Positions 12,686 to 25,597 are shown, counted from the first letter of the stretch. The stretch is DNA of 64,000 nt from Octopus sinensis (GCF_006345805.1 NC_043007.1:38068001-38132000); one strand, 5' to 3'. The notes: generated by a model not told the origin, from the letters alone. Made by a program: numbers and translations.

Positions 12686-12690
<5 letters not shown>
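11795..12690 (+). mobile_element. About 560-bp interspersed repeat (SINE or LINE 3' UTR) with an (AAC/AAT)n tail, interrupted by SINE D
   Basis: Second, 5'-truncated copy at about 45693-46125 ends at the same microsatellite-proximal position. Confidence 0.7.
12273..12604 (-). mobile_element. tRNA-derived SINE family D, young copy with an 11-bp TSD
   Basis: tggcttagtggttagggc A-box, gagttcgattcc B-box, tgtgtccttgagcaagacac core; TSD atcagacgggt; CpGs retained. Relatives near 13045, 19215, 53575 and 60622. Confidence 0.9.
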
Positions 12691-12757
<67 letters not shown>

Positions 12758-12836
12758 TAATTAATTCGTTTATTGGCCACAAGGGATGACAAAAATTAAT
12801 TAAAACATAAAGGGACAAAACAAAGGACTAATTATC

Positions 12837-12884
<48 letters not shown>

Positions 12885-13519
12885 TGAAAATAATTATAGT
12901 TTTAGTAAAATGTTCGATAATCATTAAACTAGAAAAATCATAGTCTTCAGTATTCGCACAATTTCTATAAATTTGGTGCGTAAAAAGTTTTCTTTTTATT
13001 GTGTTTATGGGTTTGGCGACGTTATCGTTTGAACTTTAATCATATAATAGGGCAGTGGTTAAGCGTATCTTAGTTGTTAGGGCATTCGATTCATGATCGT
13101 AAGGTAGGGAGTTCGATTCCAGGTGGCACGTTGTGTCTTTGTGCAAGACTTTTTATTTCACATTGCTGCAGTCCACTCAGCTGGCAAAACTGAATTGTAC
13201 CTCGTCACTTCTGTGCCACGCTTAATCTCCCTGTGAACTACGTTAAGGACACGCGTGCCTGTGGATGCTCAGTCACTTACACGTTAATTTCACAAGTAGG
13301 CTGTTCAGTTGATCGGATCAACTGGAACCCTCGTCGTCGTAATCGACGGAGTGCCGGTAATGGCAGACAAAAGGATATAAACTGCAATGATTGAGAGTGA
13401 AAGGTAATCGTTAATAATTGATAATAAAAGCACGAGTCGTAAAATACGGTTGATATATTTTTATTTATTCAACTTCATTATTAATTCGAACGTGGCATAC
13501 CTATACAAGCGTGTCCTCA

Positions 13520-13707
13520 ACCATGCGGCCATGATGGAGCACTGCCTTTAGTCGAGCAAAGCGACGCCAGGACTTATTCTTTGTAAGCCCAGTACTTATT
13601 CTATCGGTCACTTTTGCCGAACCACTAAGTTACAGGGACGTAAACACACCAGCATCGGTTGTCAACCAATGTTTGGGGGACAAACACAGACACACAAACA
13701 TATACAC

Positions 13708-13803
<96 letters not shown>

Positions 13804-13977
13804 GCATATATACGACGGGCTCCTTTCAGTTTCCGTCAACCAAATCCACTCACAAGGCTTTGATCGGCCCGACGCTATAGTAGAAGACACTTGCCCAAGG
13901 TGCCACGCAGTGGGACTGAATCCAGAACCATGTGGTTCGTAAGCAAGCTACTTACCACACAGCCACTCCTGCGCCTA
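13520..13977 (-). mobile_element. SINE family A
   Basis: Reverse-complement copy. Confidence 0.85.
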
Positions 13978-14193
13978 TACCGAAATTTGTTGTGATTTTT
14001 TTTGGGGGGGGGTGAGAGTGGGGAGAGGAATTTTGGATAATTCACACGAATCGACTTTGTTTTCGCATAAGTTTCAGACAAATGGATATATTATAATGAA
14101 AATTTCGACAAATATCTTTCAGATGGTGTAAGTTACAATAATATCGGAATTTTAATGTGAAAAAAATTGCAAAATTCCAAGTTACATTTTTAA

Positions 14194-14231
<38 letters not shown>

Positions 14232-14344
14232 CGCGCGCGCGTGCGTGTGTGTAAGGGCCCACCATTTTCCCCCCCAATTAAATTCCGTTAAAATCGCAAT
14301 CTACACCAACTGAGAACTATTTGTCGGGATCTCTTCAGTGTAGT

Positions 14345-14995
14345 CACAGATTATTTAATTTTTTTTTATCTAAAGTTTGAAACTTCGTATAGTGGTATAA
14401 TTTCTCACGTTGAACACGTTTTACTTTCAACATTTTTGACAAAATTTCGTATTTTAGAAGTTATTTCGTGTTAAATTTGTCATATTTGGGTAATTTCAAC
14501 CAATCAACGAGGTGTATTCAGCTGCAGAAACCTACTGCTGTTTGCAATAGTAATCGAAGAGCAACAACTTCCGGTTCATCTCTACTAAATGTATCTTTGA
14601 ACCACGTGTGGATTATTCAGCTGTGTTCTTTAGCTTGGGTAGGTTTTTTGGCTTAAGTGTGGATATCTTTACTTACTGCCTGTGATTATTTTCACCATTC
14701 TATTTCATTTATTTATTTATTTTTGTTTACTGCCTGTATGGCATATTACACACTTTGTTGGGTTTTTTTACACGGCAGTTGTTGCTCTTTGATTACTACA
14801 AACAGCAGTATGTTTCTTCATATATGTCGTTGATTGGTTAAAATTACCCAAATACGACAACTTTAAAACGAAATAACTTCTAAAATACGAAATTTTATCA
14901 AAAATGTTGAAAGTAAACCGTGTTCAGCGTGAAAAATTACATCAGTATACGAAGTTTCAAACTGTTAAAAAAAATAATTTTAAAAATCTGTGAAC
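14345..14995. mobile_element. Foldback/MITE-like element with about 170-bp inverted arms
   Basis: aaatttcgtattttagaagttatttcg...ttgggtaatttcaaccaatcaacg mirrored by cgttgattggttaaaattacccaaa...cgaaataacttctaaaatacgaaattt. Confidence 0.75.
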
Positions 14996-15434
14996 CAAAC
15001 TGGAGAGATTCATTTCGAAAATTTCAGTTTCAGTTACCATTTTTTTTTTTTAAGTTATGAGAAAATAAAAGTCAGGGGGAGCAGAGCACACTTATGTAGG
15101 TATCTCTTGAATATTTTCATCGCAAAATGTAAGATACTACGAAATCAGTTTTCGTATACAACACGAGCTCTCACATTCAAACGCATACACACACACACAC
15201 ACAAACAAACAATGACACACCACAAATAGGTACACTAATGCACATGATGATAATATTGGCGCTTTCCTTTCACATGCAATCAATGCCGTTTGTTTCTCTC
15301 GTGTCAGTCATATTATACGTACAAAATCCAAACCATCGCTAGTTTTGTCACCAAATATTCAGTCTCTCTCATACGTATAGATTTGTATGTCTATATTTTA
15401 TTTGCATACGATGTATATTTGTATTTTGGAAAAT

Positions 15435-15960
15435 GCTAGGAATTTTGTTAAATTTCTTGCAACTACTTAAAATATTTCAAATTTTCACCAGATTTTTTCA
15501 AAAAATTAGTTCTGGAGTAATTTTGCATGCTGATGGCAAAAATCACATACATTTTTTCTTTTTAAAAATTAATAATAAAAAGGTTACAAGCATTTAAAGT
15601 TCTCTGATTTTAGCCAATCGGAAACCTTCATTACCAACATATCGGAAGTCGCAACTGTTTTCATGGAGATCAGCATAGAAATAGCAGCCAAATCTTCCTT
15701 AAAGCACACCATAATGTCTAAGAAACAAAAATGACAACAAATTATATAACATAGTTGGGTGGGGGAGGTTTAAAGTAATGGAGGTTTTCGATTGATTAAA
15801 ATTACAGAACTTTCGATGCTTGTAACTTTTTTATTATTAATTTCTGGAAAAGACAAAAAAAATGTGCTTTTCATCAATCAGCATGCAAAACTACATCTTT
15901 TGAAAATAATCTGGTGACAACTTAAAATACTCTGTGATTGAAAGAATTTTAACGAGATCC
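15435..15960. mobile_element. Second foldback/MITE-like element with about 190-bp inverted arms
   Basis: ttttgcatgctgat...aattaataataaaaaggttacaagcat mirrored by atgcttgtaacttttttattattaatt...atcagcatgcaaaa. Confidence 0.7.
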
Positions 15961-15988
15961 AGCGCAAGTTTGTTTTCTTGGCTTTCGT

Positions 15989-16019
<31 letters not shown>

Positions 16020-16705
16020 TGTGTGTGTGTGTGTGTGTGTGTGTGCATATTTGTGTCATTGCATGCAGTTTGTGCATGTGATGATGCATTATTTCAACCA
16101 CAAAAATTCGTGCATTCACTACAAGCAAAGGAATAAGCAACCTGATATGTAGTGATCAATCAATCCCTAAAAATTCCTTTTAAATACTTCTGTAACTTAT
16201 ATCCATTAAAAAGATGTAGATTAAGTTGTTGTCTATTCATGTGCGTATATTCTTCGGTCACTGACATCGTTTTCAATTCCCACAGTTAAAATACAAGTTA
16301 CATATAAATGTATATGCATGAGAGAGAAAACCATATAAAAAGTGAAAAGCTATGTGTGTGTATATGAGTGCGTGTTAGGAGTATGTAAAGTGGACGCAGT
16401 TGTATAAGTATGTAGTGGGAGGGGTCATGTCAGTAGAGGGAGAGAGGCAAGCATACGAAAACAGGGTCACAGCAAATAACATTGACTGACTCTCCATGGC
16501 TGATTTGACAGGTGGTTTGTCCCAGTCCGACTGCTGGTCTTGGTGCGTGTGTTACATCTTAATACAGATACAAATAACTCAACGCACATTCAAGCGTATG
16601 ATGGTATACACTAACAAGCACGCACAAACTGATAGGGTTGTATGTATGCATGTCTGTATGGATGGATGGATGCATGCATATGTGTGTCATATATATATAT
16701 ATATA

Positions 16706-17624
16706 CTAGCTGACGTACCCCGTAGTTCTCGGGAAAGCGGAGCTTATCCCTTGGTTCCGTTCTCATAATTGTTTCGCTAATCCAGTTACAACAATACAAA
16801 GTATGTATCCCTTAAAGCAGTTTTTGTGCATTTATTGAGAATACCGGAGTGTCTTACACAGGATCTTGTTTTTAGGAATTCCCAATAAGTTATGAATACC
16901 CAAATTGTGAAGCCAGTTATGTAATAACATGAAATTAATTACCTGATAGTAAGAATTCAAATAAAAGTAGCCCCGAAAAGGGCTTTAATATGTTCCTAGA
17001 GTATATAGAACTTAGGAAGAAATACTAATAAGGTATGTATACTAAAATTATGAAGCATGTTACGTAATAACAGGCTAATCAGATATGAGATAATAACGAT
17101 TCAAAGTAAATAACTCTGAAAAAAGCTTTTGTCTATTCGCAGAGAATATTACCCTCAGCGACGCTAGTGTTGGTATATTCGTGAATAAGTCACTAACCGA
17201 AATAAGTGGATCTATTGTTTAGAAAGATACTATTTACTTGTTTAAGCGTGGTACTGGATAAATTGCGAAAATAGCTCAAATACTAAGAAATAAGCATGCT
17301 CAATTTGATTTATACCAAATGATTTAAGAAAATGAATGAGTTATTTCCCTTGGCTATATAAATACGGATCCCTTTCGGTAGCGAATGTGTTATTTTCCTT
17401 GGATGTTTAAAAATAATATATTAGTTATATGTAGTAGATATAAGAATCCCTTCCAGGGGCCCTATTATCGATTTTTTTTTCAACTAAGTATATCACTAAT
17501 TTTCCAGACACGAGTTCCACTCGCATGTCCAAGTTTCATCAAAATCGATAAAACGATGTAGGAGTTAGATAACAATGCCACAAACAAACATACCCACAGA
17601 TTTCCATATATATAATAAATATAG
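16706..17624 (-). mobile_element. Non-autonomous Helitron-like element
   Basis: Minus-strand 3' end has a cccg..cggg hairpin then gtcagCTAG|t; the 5' region has tgtttgtttg...atcgattttgatgaaacttgg, typical of Lep1/DINE-like Helitrons. Confidence 0.6.
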
Positions 17625-17978
17625 GTGCAGGAGGAGTGCATGTGTGGTAATTAGCTTGCTTACCAACCACATGGCTCCAGGTTCAGTCCTACTGCGTGGC
17701 ACTTTGGGCAAGTATCTTCTACTATAGCCCTGGGCCGACCAAACTGAAAGAAGCCCATCATATACATGTATGTATGTATTTGTCCACTCATCCTCGCTTG
17801 ACAATAAATTTTATTTTTATTTACATATTTGCATTAGAAAAATTTTACATTATAATCTTTTTTATAAGTCAACTATCGTAAACATTTTATACCACGACGA
17901 CAATGACGATGAAGTCACATTTCCTATAGGAGTGTGTACCTTAAAACAATGCTACTCAAACTATCTGATATAGCGTAC

Positions 17979-18836
17979 CAGCAGTTTTTTTACCAATGTG
18001 CCAGGTATCGGTAATATTTCTTAGTAATATTAATTTATACCGGAAATATATATATTAATATAATATAAGTTGACAATTTTTTTATCTTACATTTATTTTG
18101 TAAACAAATAATACAATATTACACAAGCATTTTATAATCTTAATCTTTACTAATGTGAAAGGTGAGCCTGCTTTTTCTTTGTCAGTTTATCCAGTTGTGG
18201 TTCAATGGAAGACAGTGCCACGCGCAATGGAGAATGAATATCTATATTATTTCTGTACTTTGTATTAATGACACTCATGGTTGAGAAGCCAGTCTTGCAG
18301 AGATATGTTGAAGGAAATGGGAGAAGAGTTTTCAGAACAATTTCACTAAGCTCAGGATATTCTGCTTTCACTTTAATCCAAAAGAAACCGAGTGCTGTTG
18401 TAGTTTTGAAACTCCTCTCCAATCCTTCATCACTAGCCAACTCCAACAATTCATCCCCCATAATAATACTTAAGTCCTCTTGCAGTGGAATAAACGGATT
18501 TCAGATCCATCCATTCCCTTTCCGTGGATCTTTTTTTGCTGGAAAGTAAAACTGAAACCGGTCTGCCAGATTCGTCAAGTGTTCTCTGATGACATTTCGC
18601 AGAGATGTAATATTAAAGTTTTTGGCTGCATCAGTGATGATTGTCGCTAATTGATGAAACATGTCAAAACAATCTCTTGACACTCGACTCTCCCATGCTT
18701 CTAGCTTTTGTTTCTGTCTGTCGATCTTGTCTGTCATTGTAAAACACAAAACCATCGTTCCCTGCATGGAGATGTTGAGATCATTAAAGATGGCAAAGAT
18801 ATCAGCTTGGCCAACCAATCCACATCTCTGAACAAT
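17979..18836 (-). mobile_element. hAT Charlie/Buster transposase 3' remnant (ZBED5/SCAND3-like)
   Basis: ADIFAIFNDLNISMQG...FWIKVKAEYPELSEIVLKTLLPFPSTYLCKTGFSTM...LRVALSSIEP.LDKL..KKQAHLSH; TIR-like cagcagtttttttaccaatgtgcc. Confidence 0.92.
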
Positions 18837-19190
18837 TGTGACCAATTCAAAGGTCATGCTTCTCCACCTCATCCCAGGTCTCTCTGGGTCTACCTCTTCC
18901 ACAGTTAGGGTGTGGCATTTCACAGAGCTGTCCTCATCCATATGTAACACGACCATACCAGCGCAGTCATCTCTCTTGCACACCACATTTGATGCTTCTT
19001 ATGCCCCACTTTTCTCTCAGGGCACTCACACTGTCATGTATGCACACTGACATTACACATCCAGCAGAGCATACCAGCTTCATTTCTTTCAAGCCTACGC
19101 ATGTCCTCAGCAGTCATGGCCCATGTTTCACTGCCATGTAGCATAGCAGTTCACACACATGCATCATACAGTCTATCTTTCATCCTGCCA
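18836..19190 (-). mobile_element. RTE-clade LINE 3' fragment
   Basis: VQERRLRWYGHV..MDEDSSVKCHTL...GRPRKTWDEVVKHD-type sequence across frames; inverted partner at about 19835-20036. Confidence 0.8.
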
Positions 19191-20569
19191 GCAGAGGTAG
19201 GAGCTCCCTTATATATATAGCTCAGTGGTTAGAGCATCAAGCTCACAATTATGAGTTAGTGAGTTCAATTCTCGGATCAGGCTGTATGTTGTATTCTTGG
19301 GCAAAGCACTTCATTTCACGTTGCTCCAGTTCACTCGGCTGTAGAAATGAGTTGTGACGTCATTGGTGCCAAGCTGTATCAGCCTTTTGCTTTTCCCTTG
19401 AATAACAGTGGTGGTGTGGAGAGGGGAAGCTGGTATGCATGGGCGACTGCTGGTCTTCCATAAAACAACCTAACCCAAACTTATGCTATGGAGGAGAACT
19501 TTCTAGGTGCAATCCTATTGTCATTCATAACTGAAGGCAATCTTTACCTACCCATTTTACATACACATGAGACATAGTTATCTATTACTTAATGAAGTAA
19601 TAGTTTCCTGATGATTAGTTGTGATTGAGCATCTAAATGCACTTGGAACATGCAATGCAGGGCTCCAAACAACATAATGGTGAAATGCACATAAGAAACA
19701 CGACATAAACTTATGTTTATCTTTATTTCTCCTACACACATATTTGCATAGATGCAGGCATGCTTATCTTCTTAAGTGGTTCACTTTCAACCACATGGAT
19801 TCAGGGTCAGTTTCACATAGTGATATCTTGGGCAAGTGTACATACATGACAGTGAGTGCCCCGAGAGAAAAGTGGGGCATAGGAAGCATCAAATGTGGTG
19901 TGCAAGAGAGACGACTTCACTGGTATGATCATGTTACGTATGGATGAGGATAGCTCTGTGAAGTGCTACACCCCAACTGTGGAAGAGGTAGACCCAGGAA
20001 GACCTGGGATGAGGTGGTGAAGCATGACCTTTGAATTAGGCTGACTAAAGTCTTGTGAATGGATTTGGTAGATGGGTACTGAAAGTGTGTGTATGTGTGT
20101 GCATGCATACATATTTAAGTGTCTGCGTCCCCTTGTCTTGACATCACATGACAGTTGCAAAAAGGGTATTACTATCATACATGTAGTGTTCTTCGTTTCA
20201 ATCTTCCATGAAAACATGGGGAACACTGAGGATGTGATAACTGGAGAGACAGACAGACAGATAGACATACAGATGAGCGGGGAGAGAGAAACAGACAGAG
20301 GAAGGGGAAAAAGACAGACAGATGGACAGAGGAAGGAAGAAGAAGAGAGAGAGAAACAGACAAAGGAAGGGGAAAAAGACAGACAGATGGACAGAGGAAG
20401 GAAGAAGAAGAGAGAGAGAGAAAGGATGGTAGTGGTTGACACCAGAATTCAACTGGTACTCATTTTCAGTTAGGTAGAATGGAATGCAATCTCAACCATG
20501 ATATTTAAAAAACAAAAAATTTGTTTTAAATTTTTATTTTATTTTTGTACGTATAGATATACATAAATA

Positions 20570-21850
20570 TCTATATTTTTCTCTCCCTGTTTCTTTCTGT
20601 GATCCTTTCTGTGGAAGAGTGTAGGCTCAAAACGTTAAAAACTTCAATTCCTGAGTGTTATACTAATACATCTGTTTGCTTTCTACACCACTTGTCTTCG
20701 TCTTTTGTTTTTTTCGTAAATTTTCCCCCTATGTATGTATGTGTGTGCGTGTGTGTGAATTTGAGCACACTCCAGGGAGACTTGTGTTGGTCTGCACCAG
20801 CAAGACAAGTATTATTTAGTAAAATAGGTAAAAAATGTAAAGTAAACTTGTCATGTGTTGTGGAAAATCCAATAGTTTTGCTACTCTTACACCTCCTCTT
20901 AGTTCATTAAACCCTTTCTTATTTCCCAACTTTTCTTTCACCTCATCTTTTCCATTCACCTCACTCTCGACTTCAACCACTTTTCCTCCTCGCTCCATTC
21001 CTCTTTCCTTCTAACTCTCTCACCCAGTTTCTCTCTCTTAGCAGTTCCTGTTCACATTAAGATCCCATAGTCTTGCATTCCTTATCAGTTGCAGTCAGTT
21101 TTTCTAACTCAGAAGAAGGACTGTCTGAAATGTTGGATTTTTCCCATCCTCATAGCAAGCTCACTCTCCCTGTACCATTTCCTGTACCCATCCCTCCACA
21201 TTAGTGCCTTTCAAACATATCACCCCACCTCCTATTCCTCACACATATTCTTTCCTTACATTCTTATCTCTTCCTATCCCTCCCATCTCCTTATATCTTG
21301 ACCACCATCTAACACTCCTTTTTTCATTTTCTCTTCCTCTTTCTTTCTCACTTCTTTCCTCACCTATTCCTTTTGACCATTTTTAACATACACATCTATC
21401 CTCTTCTCTTTATCTACTTCTACATTCTCAATATTTCATTCACACCACAAGACCCCTTTGAATGAACAGCACATGGAATCTACTTCTCCACACTTTCCAT
21501 TTGTAATAACAAAATATGAACTCCTATTGGAATTTACATACCATGAACAGGAAGCATTTCTACCATTTCTACACTCCACTTTCTTTGGATAATGGAACTG
21601 CAACTATAGCATCCTACATATAATTTTATTTTTACTTTTATTCTCTTATTTCCCTTTATACTTCTTATTTCCACCTTTTTCCAGAATAACTCCTTATACT
21701 GAACTCTTCTATTTCCCTCTATTCAACTCTCCCACATTGTCTCTGATATTATCACTAATATCCCAGAAACAGCTGTAAGACTAACTTTCTCTTTATAAAT
21801 GTCGCATAAATTCCACGCAGCCTTGGTTTTGTTGTCTCATTTTATTTAAC
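20570..21850 (+). mobile_element. Degenerate Penelope-like remnants with CT-rich tracts
   Basis: Hammerhead-like terminal motifs at 20604-20641 and 21738-21780; no intact ORF. Confidence 0.4.
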
Positions 21851-22176
21851 ATATACATGCTCACACAAAACCCACATTAGACTCCTCACTCGCATTATTA
21901 TCGAACCGAGAATTTAACTATAGTCCTTCCATACATACATATATATGTATATATATGCATATTTGGGTACAGGATGTCACAAAATGTAAACAACATGAAA
22001 TATGAAAACAAAGTAGATGGACAACCGACAACTGATGAAGGGTTGTTTTTTATGTTACTTGTCTTGTTTTCCATTTGCTTCTCTCGTTAGCAAACAAAAG
22101 TTTGTCTTAGTATTTCATGTTCTTTTCATATTTCATGTTGTTTACATTTTGTGACGTCTTGTACCCATATATGCAC

Positions 22177-22213
<37 letters not shown>

Positions 22214-22372
22214 TATGTATGTATATATGCATATATATATATATATATACGTATGTATGTATATATGCATATATATATATATGTATGTATATATATGCAT
22301 ATATATATATATTATTTTATTTATATTATTATATATTATTGAATGCCACGCATCCATTTCCAAGTAAGTTTA

Positions 22373-22411
<39 letters not shown>

Positions 22412-22614
22412 GTGTTTCTGTCCATGGATATATTGTATACAGAGACAAGGTTTTTGTATCTGTCTGTTCTGTCTATTACAAATAGTGTTGGCTGCTGACA
22501 TATGCAAATGGATATACTCCAGAGTACAGAATGGCATAACACACACACACACACAGACACACACACACACACATCTGCATATTATATAATATATTATATA
22601 ATCTATACAAGAAA

Positions 22615-22726
22615 TTATTTCTTTGAATTCATTGATGATAAATCCTTATCTAGAAATTTCACAACATCCTTGCGGGCAAGAATATATCCAAAGCCAGAAA
22701 GAACTGTTGTCGTTGCAGTGAGATAC
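22615..22726 (-). CDS. CRLS1: Cardiolipin synthase exon 7 (terminal)
   Basis: tgtcag acceptor; (W)YLTATTTVLSGFGYILARKDVVKFLDKDLSSMNSKK-stop; phase fits exon 6. The spliced CDS totals 1179 nt. Confidence 0.88.
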
Positions 22727-23807
22727 CTGACAAAAAAATAAATAAATAAAAAAAACTAATAAGATAAACTATATCAAAAACAGATAAGCTAAATATCACA
22801 CAAGAAATGAAAACAAACAAAGGGAAAAAGCCCCAATATGAAAATCATTAAAGATATAAAACTGTTTTTTTCATAAGGATATAACACTTGACAAATTTTG
22901 GTTACTGATATGTGAAATTACTGTTCGGGCAACCAGAAAACTGATCACATGGCCTTGGGCTCAAACTTGCCTCCTCTTCTCTCACATTTATCTCATCCTC
23001 CTCCTTATCACTGTCACCACTACCACCACCACAGTTTTAACTTTGCTATGCTGGCATGGCTCAGACGAAATTTGATGAGGCAGATTTTCTGTGGCTGGAT
23101 GCTCTGTAAACCATTACAGCAATTTTGTTAGAGTGAAATGATAGAAGCATGGTTATGTGGTTAGGAAATTTACTTTACAACTACATGGTTTCAGGTTCAG
23201 CACCACTGTGTATAACCTTGGACAAGTGTCTTCTACTATAGCCCAAAGATGACCAAAGTCCTGTGAGAGGATTTTATTGAGGGAAACTGAAAGAAGCCAG
23301 CTGTGTGTGTGTTCACGTCTCTGTGTCTTGAGAGGGCATGCTAATTGTAAACAAACACCACCATCATACAAGCAGTGCAATTTTCCACGAAGGCATACCT
23401 GACTATTGTGCAGTTTGTGTTTGAAGCACTAGTGGAAATATTACTGCAGTTGGAAACAGAAGTGTGTTGGCTACAGAAAGAGCATCCAGCCACAGAAAAT
23501 CTTCCTCATCAAATTTCGTCTAAGCCATGCAAGCATAGCAAAGTTAAAATTGTAGTGATGGTAGTGGTGGCAGTGATAAAGAGGAGGATGAGATAAATGT
23601 GAGAGAAGAGGAGGAAAGTTTAAACCCAAGGTCATATGATCAGTTTTCCAGTTGACTGAACAGTAATTTCGCATATCAGTAACCGAAATTGGTCAAGTGC
23701 TATATCATATCCTTACACCTCCAGTATTGTAGTACAATTGATATTATATATACTGTATCATATAATATATACAATGTCTTGAATAATATATACTATAAAG
23801 AATACAT

Positions 23808-25525
23808 TGTGACAGAGTTATAACAATACAAAAACAGAAACAGCAGCAGTAGCAAACATGCAATGAACCAACAATCAATATACCCAACACTAACTCAAAC
23901 TCTACCTGGACTTCGTAGACCAAACTACAAACTGCTGACTACGTCAGACCCCTACTATTTATATGTAGTGGTCCTATCTATTCTTGTAAGAGGGTGTCGT
24001 ATTCTTGATTTTGAGTTCTGAAAGAATAAAGAAATTTTAGTTATTATTATTATTTTTTAGTATCTTTTTTGCTTGGGCCTTATCTCAAGGTGTTTGGTTT
24101 GCTTCCATTTTCTCATTCTGGTTCTATGGAACTCCATTACTTTTGGCATTACATCGAATGCATCAAAAGATACTTCCATAGGAATTTCTCTCTGTTCTTC
24201 AGTATGTCTCTTCTTTAGCTGATTTATGTCTCTTATGTTCCCAGTATGATCGTTTAATTTGATACATCATACTTCCTATTGTTTCGGTTACAAGACCATC
24301 TTCCCATCCTTCTTTACCATTTCTGTAGGTTTTAAAATGCACTTTATCTCCTCCTTTGAAATATTTTGTGCATCTTTTGCATTTCCTTTACATCTTTCTT
24401 TTCTCTGGCAATAACTTATCAGAAATCGATTTTATTCTTCTCACAGACATCAACTCTGTGGGTGATTTTCCTGACTTTGTACTTGGATTGGGGTTTATTC
24501 TATACACCCTTAAGAATTTTGTTAGTGCTTTGTCGTTACTTAATTCATTCCTAGCTTTTCTTAACACTCTTTTGAATGTATCCATGAATCTTTCTACCTA
24601 ACCATTTGACCTTGGGTGGTAGGGTGGAGTGAAAATACGCTTTATCGCATACATTTTACAGAAGTTCTTGAATTCATACCCCAAGGATTACATTCCAATA
24701 TAAGAGACTAACATGTCTGGAACACTATATCATGCAAACAATTCATATAGGGACTTTATAGTTGTCTTAGCAGTTGGTTTCTTACACCTGCAGACATCTG
24801 GCCACTTTGTACAGTTGTCTACCACGATTAGATAGCAAGCACTGTTCACCGGTCCAGCATAGTCAATATGTAACCTAGACCATGGATTCTCAGTCTCCAG
24901 CCACGCTTGATATTTTGCTGGTGGGGCTTTGGTCACAAGCATGCAACCACAACAAGTTCTCGCTAAATTTTCAATATCCCAGTCTATAGTCAGCCAATAG
25001 ACATAGCTCCTCATCAAAGCTTTCATCCTCAACATTCCTAGGTGTCTGCTGTGGAATTGCTGCAATATACATTTTCGTAATGTAGTTGGTATTACTCTTT
25101 GTGCATACATCAGAATATTGTCACATATTGAGAAACTATTCAAATTTGTATTTTTATTCTGCTTATTATTTAAAGCTTCTTTCATTTTTGTAATATATTC
25201 ATCACCTACAGATTTCATTCTTATATTCTGTACAGTCACTGGCAGTTCTTTGTTTAACATTAGTCATGATATTTTTTATTTCATTTTCTGCAGTGTGGCT
25301 ATCACAGTATCTTCTAATGGTTCTGTATTTTGGGGATAGAAAGTCTGCATAACCAATTTTTTTCGATGAAATATATTGTATTTCCAAATGCACTAACTTG
25401 AACTATAAACTGTACGTAGACTTTGAAGACCAAACTATGTACTGCTGACTACATCAGGCCACTACTATTTATATGTAGCAGTCCCATCTATTCTCACCAG
25501 AGAATGTTGTACTATTGCCACAACA
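23808..25525 (-). mobile_element. Internally deleted Gypsy LTR retrotransposon (integrase remnant), in CRLS1 intron 6
   Basis: FHSRHLGMLRMKALMRSYVYW...CCGC (HHCC), PWSRLHIDYAGP..YLIVVD..TKWP (rve); about 90-bp direct repeats at 23915-24000 and 25420-25510; TGTTGTGG start. No TSD recognised. Confidence 0.88.
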
Positions 25526-25597
25526 TCAAGTAAAAATGACATCATAACAAGAATGAGCAAAATTAAAGCCATTATCCAGCAGAATGGAAATACTTAC

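Noticed and set aside
12240-12690. Twister or HDV-like ribozyme in the 560-bp repeat
   Set aside because: Loop lengths and pseudoknot pairings do not fit either consensus; kept only as a structured end.
16375-16497. 40-aa signal-peptide-like ORF with a GCCATGG context (minus strand)
   Set aside because: Too short, with no splice donor or recognisable homology; expected by chance.
18501-18986. 161-aa ORF as a host ZBED/SCAN gene
   Set aside because: Fusion of an off-frame RTE fragment with a truncated hAT transposase; an internal stop separates it from the C-terminal ORF.
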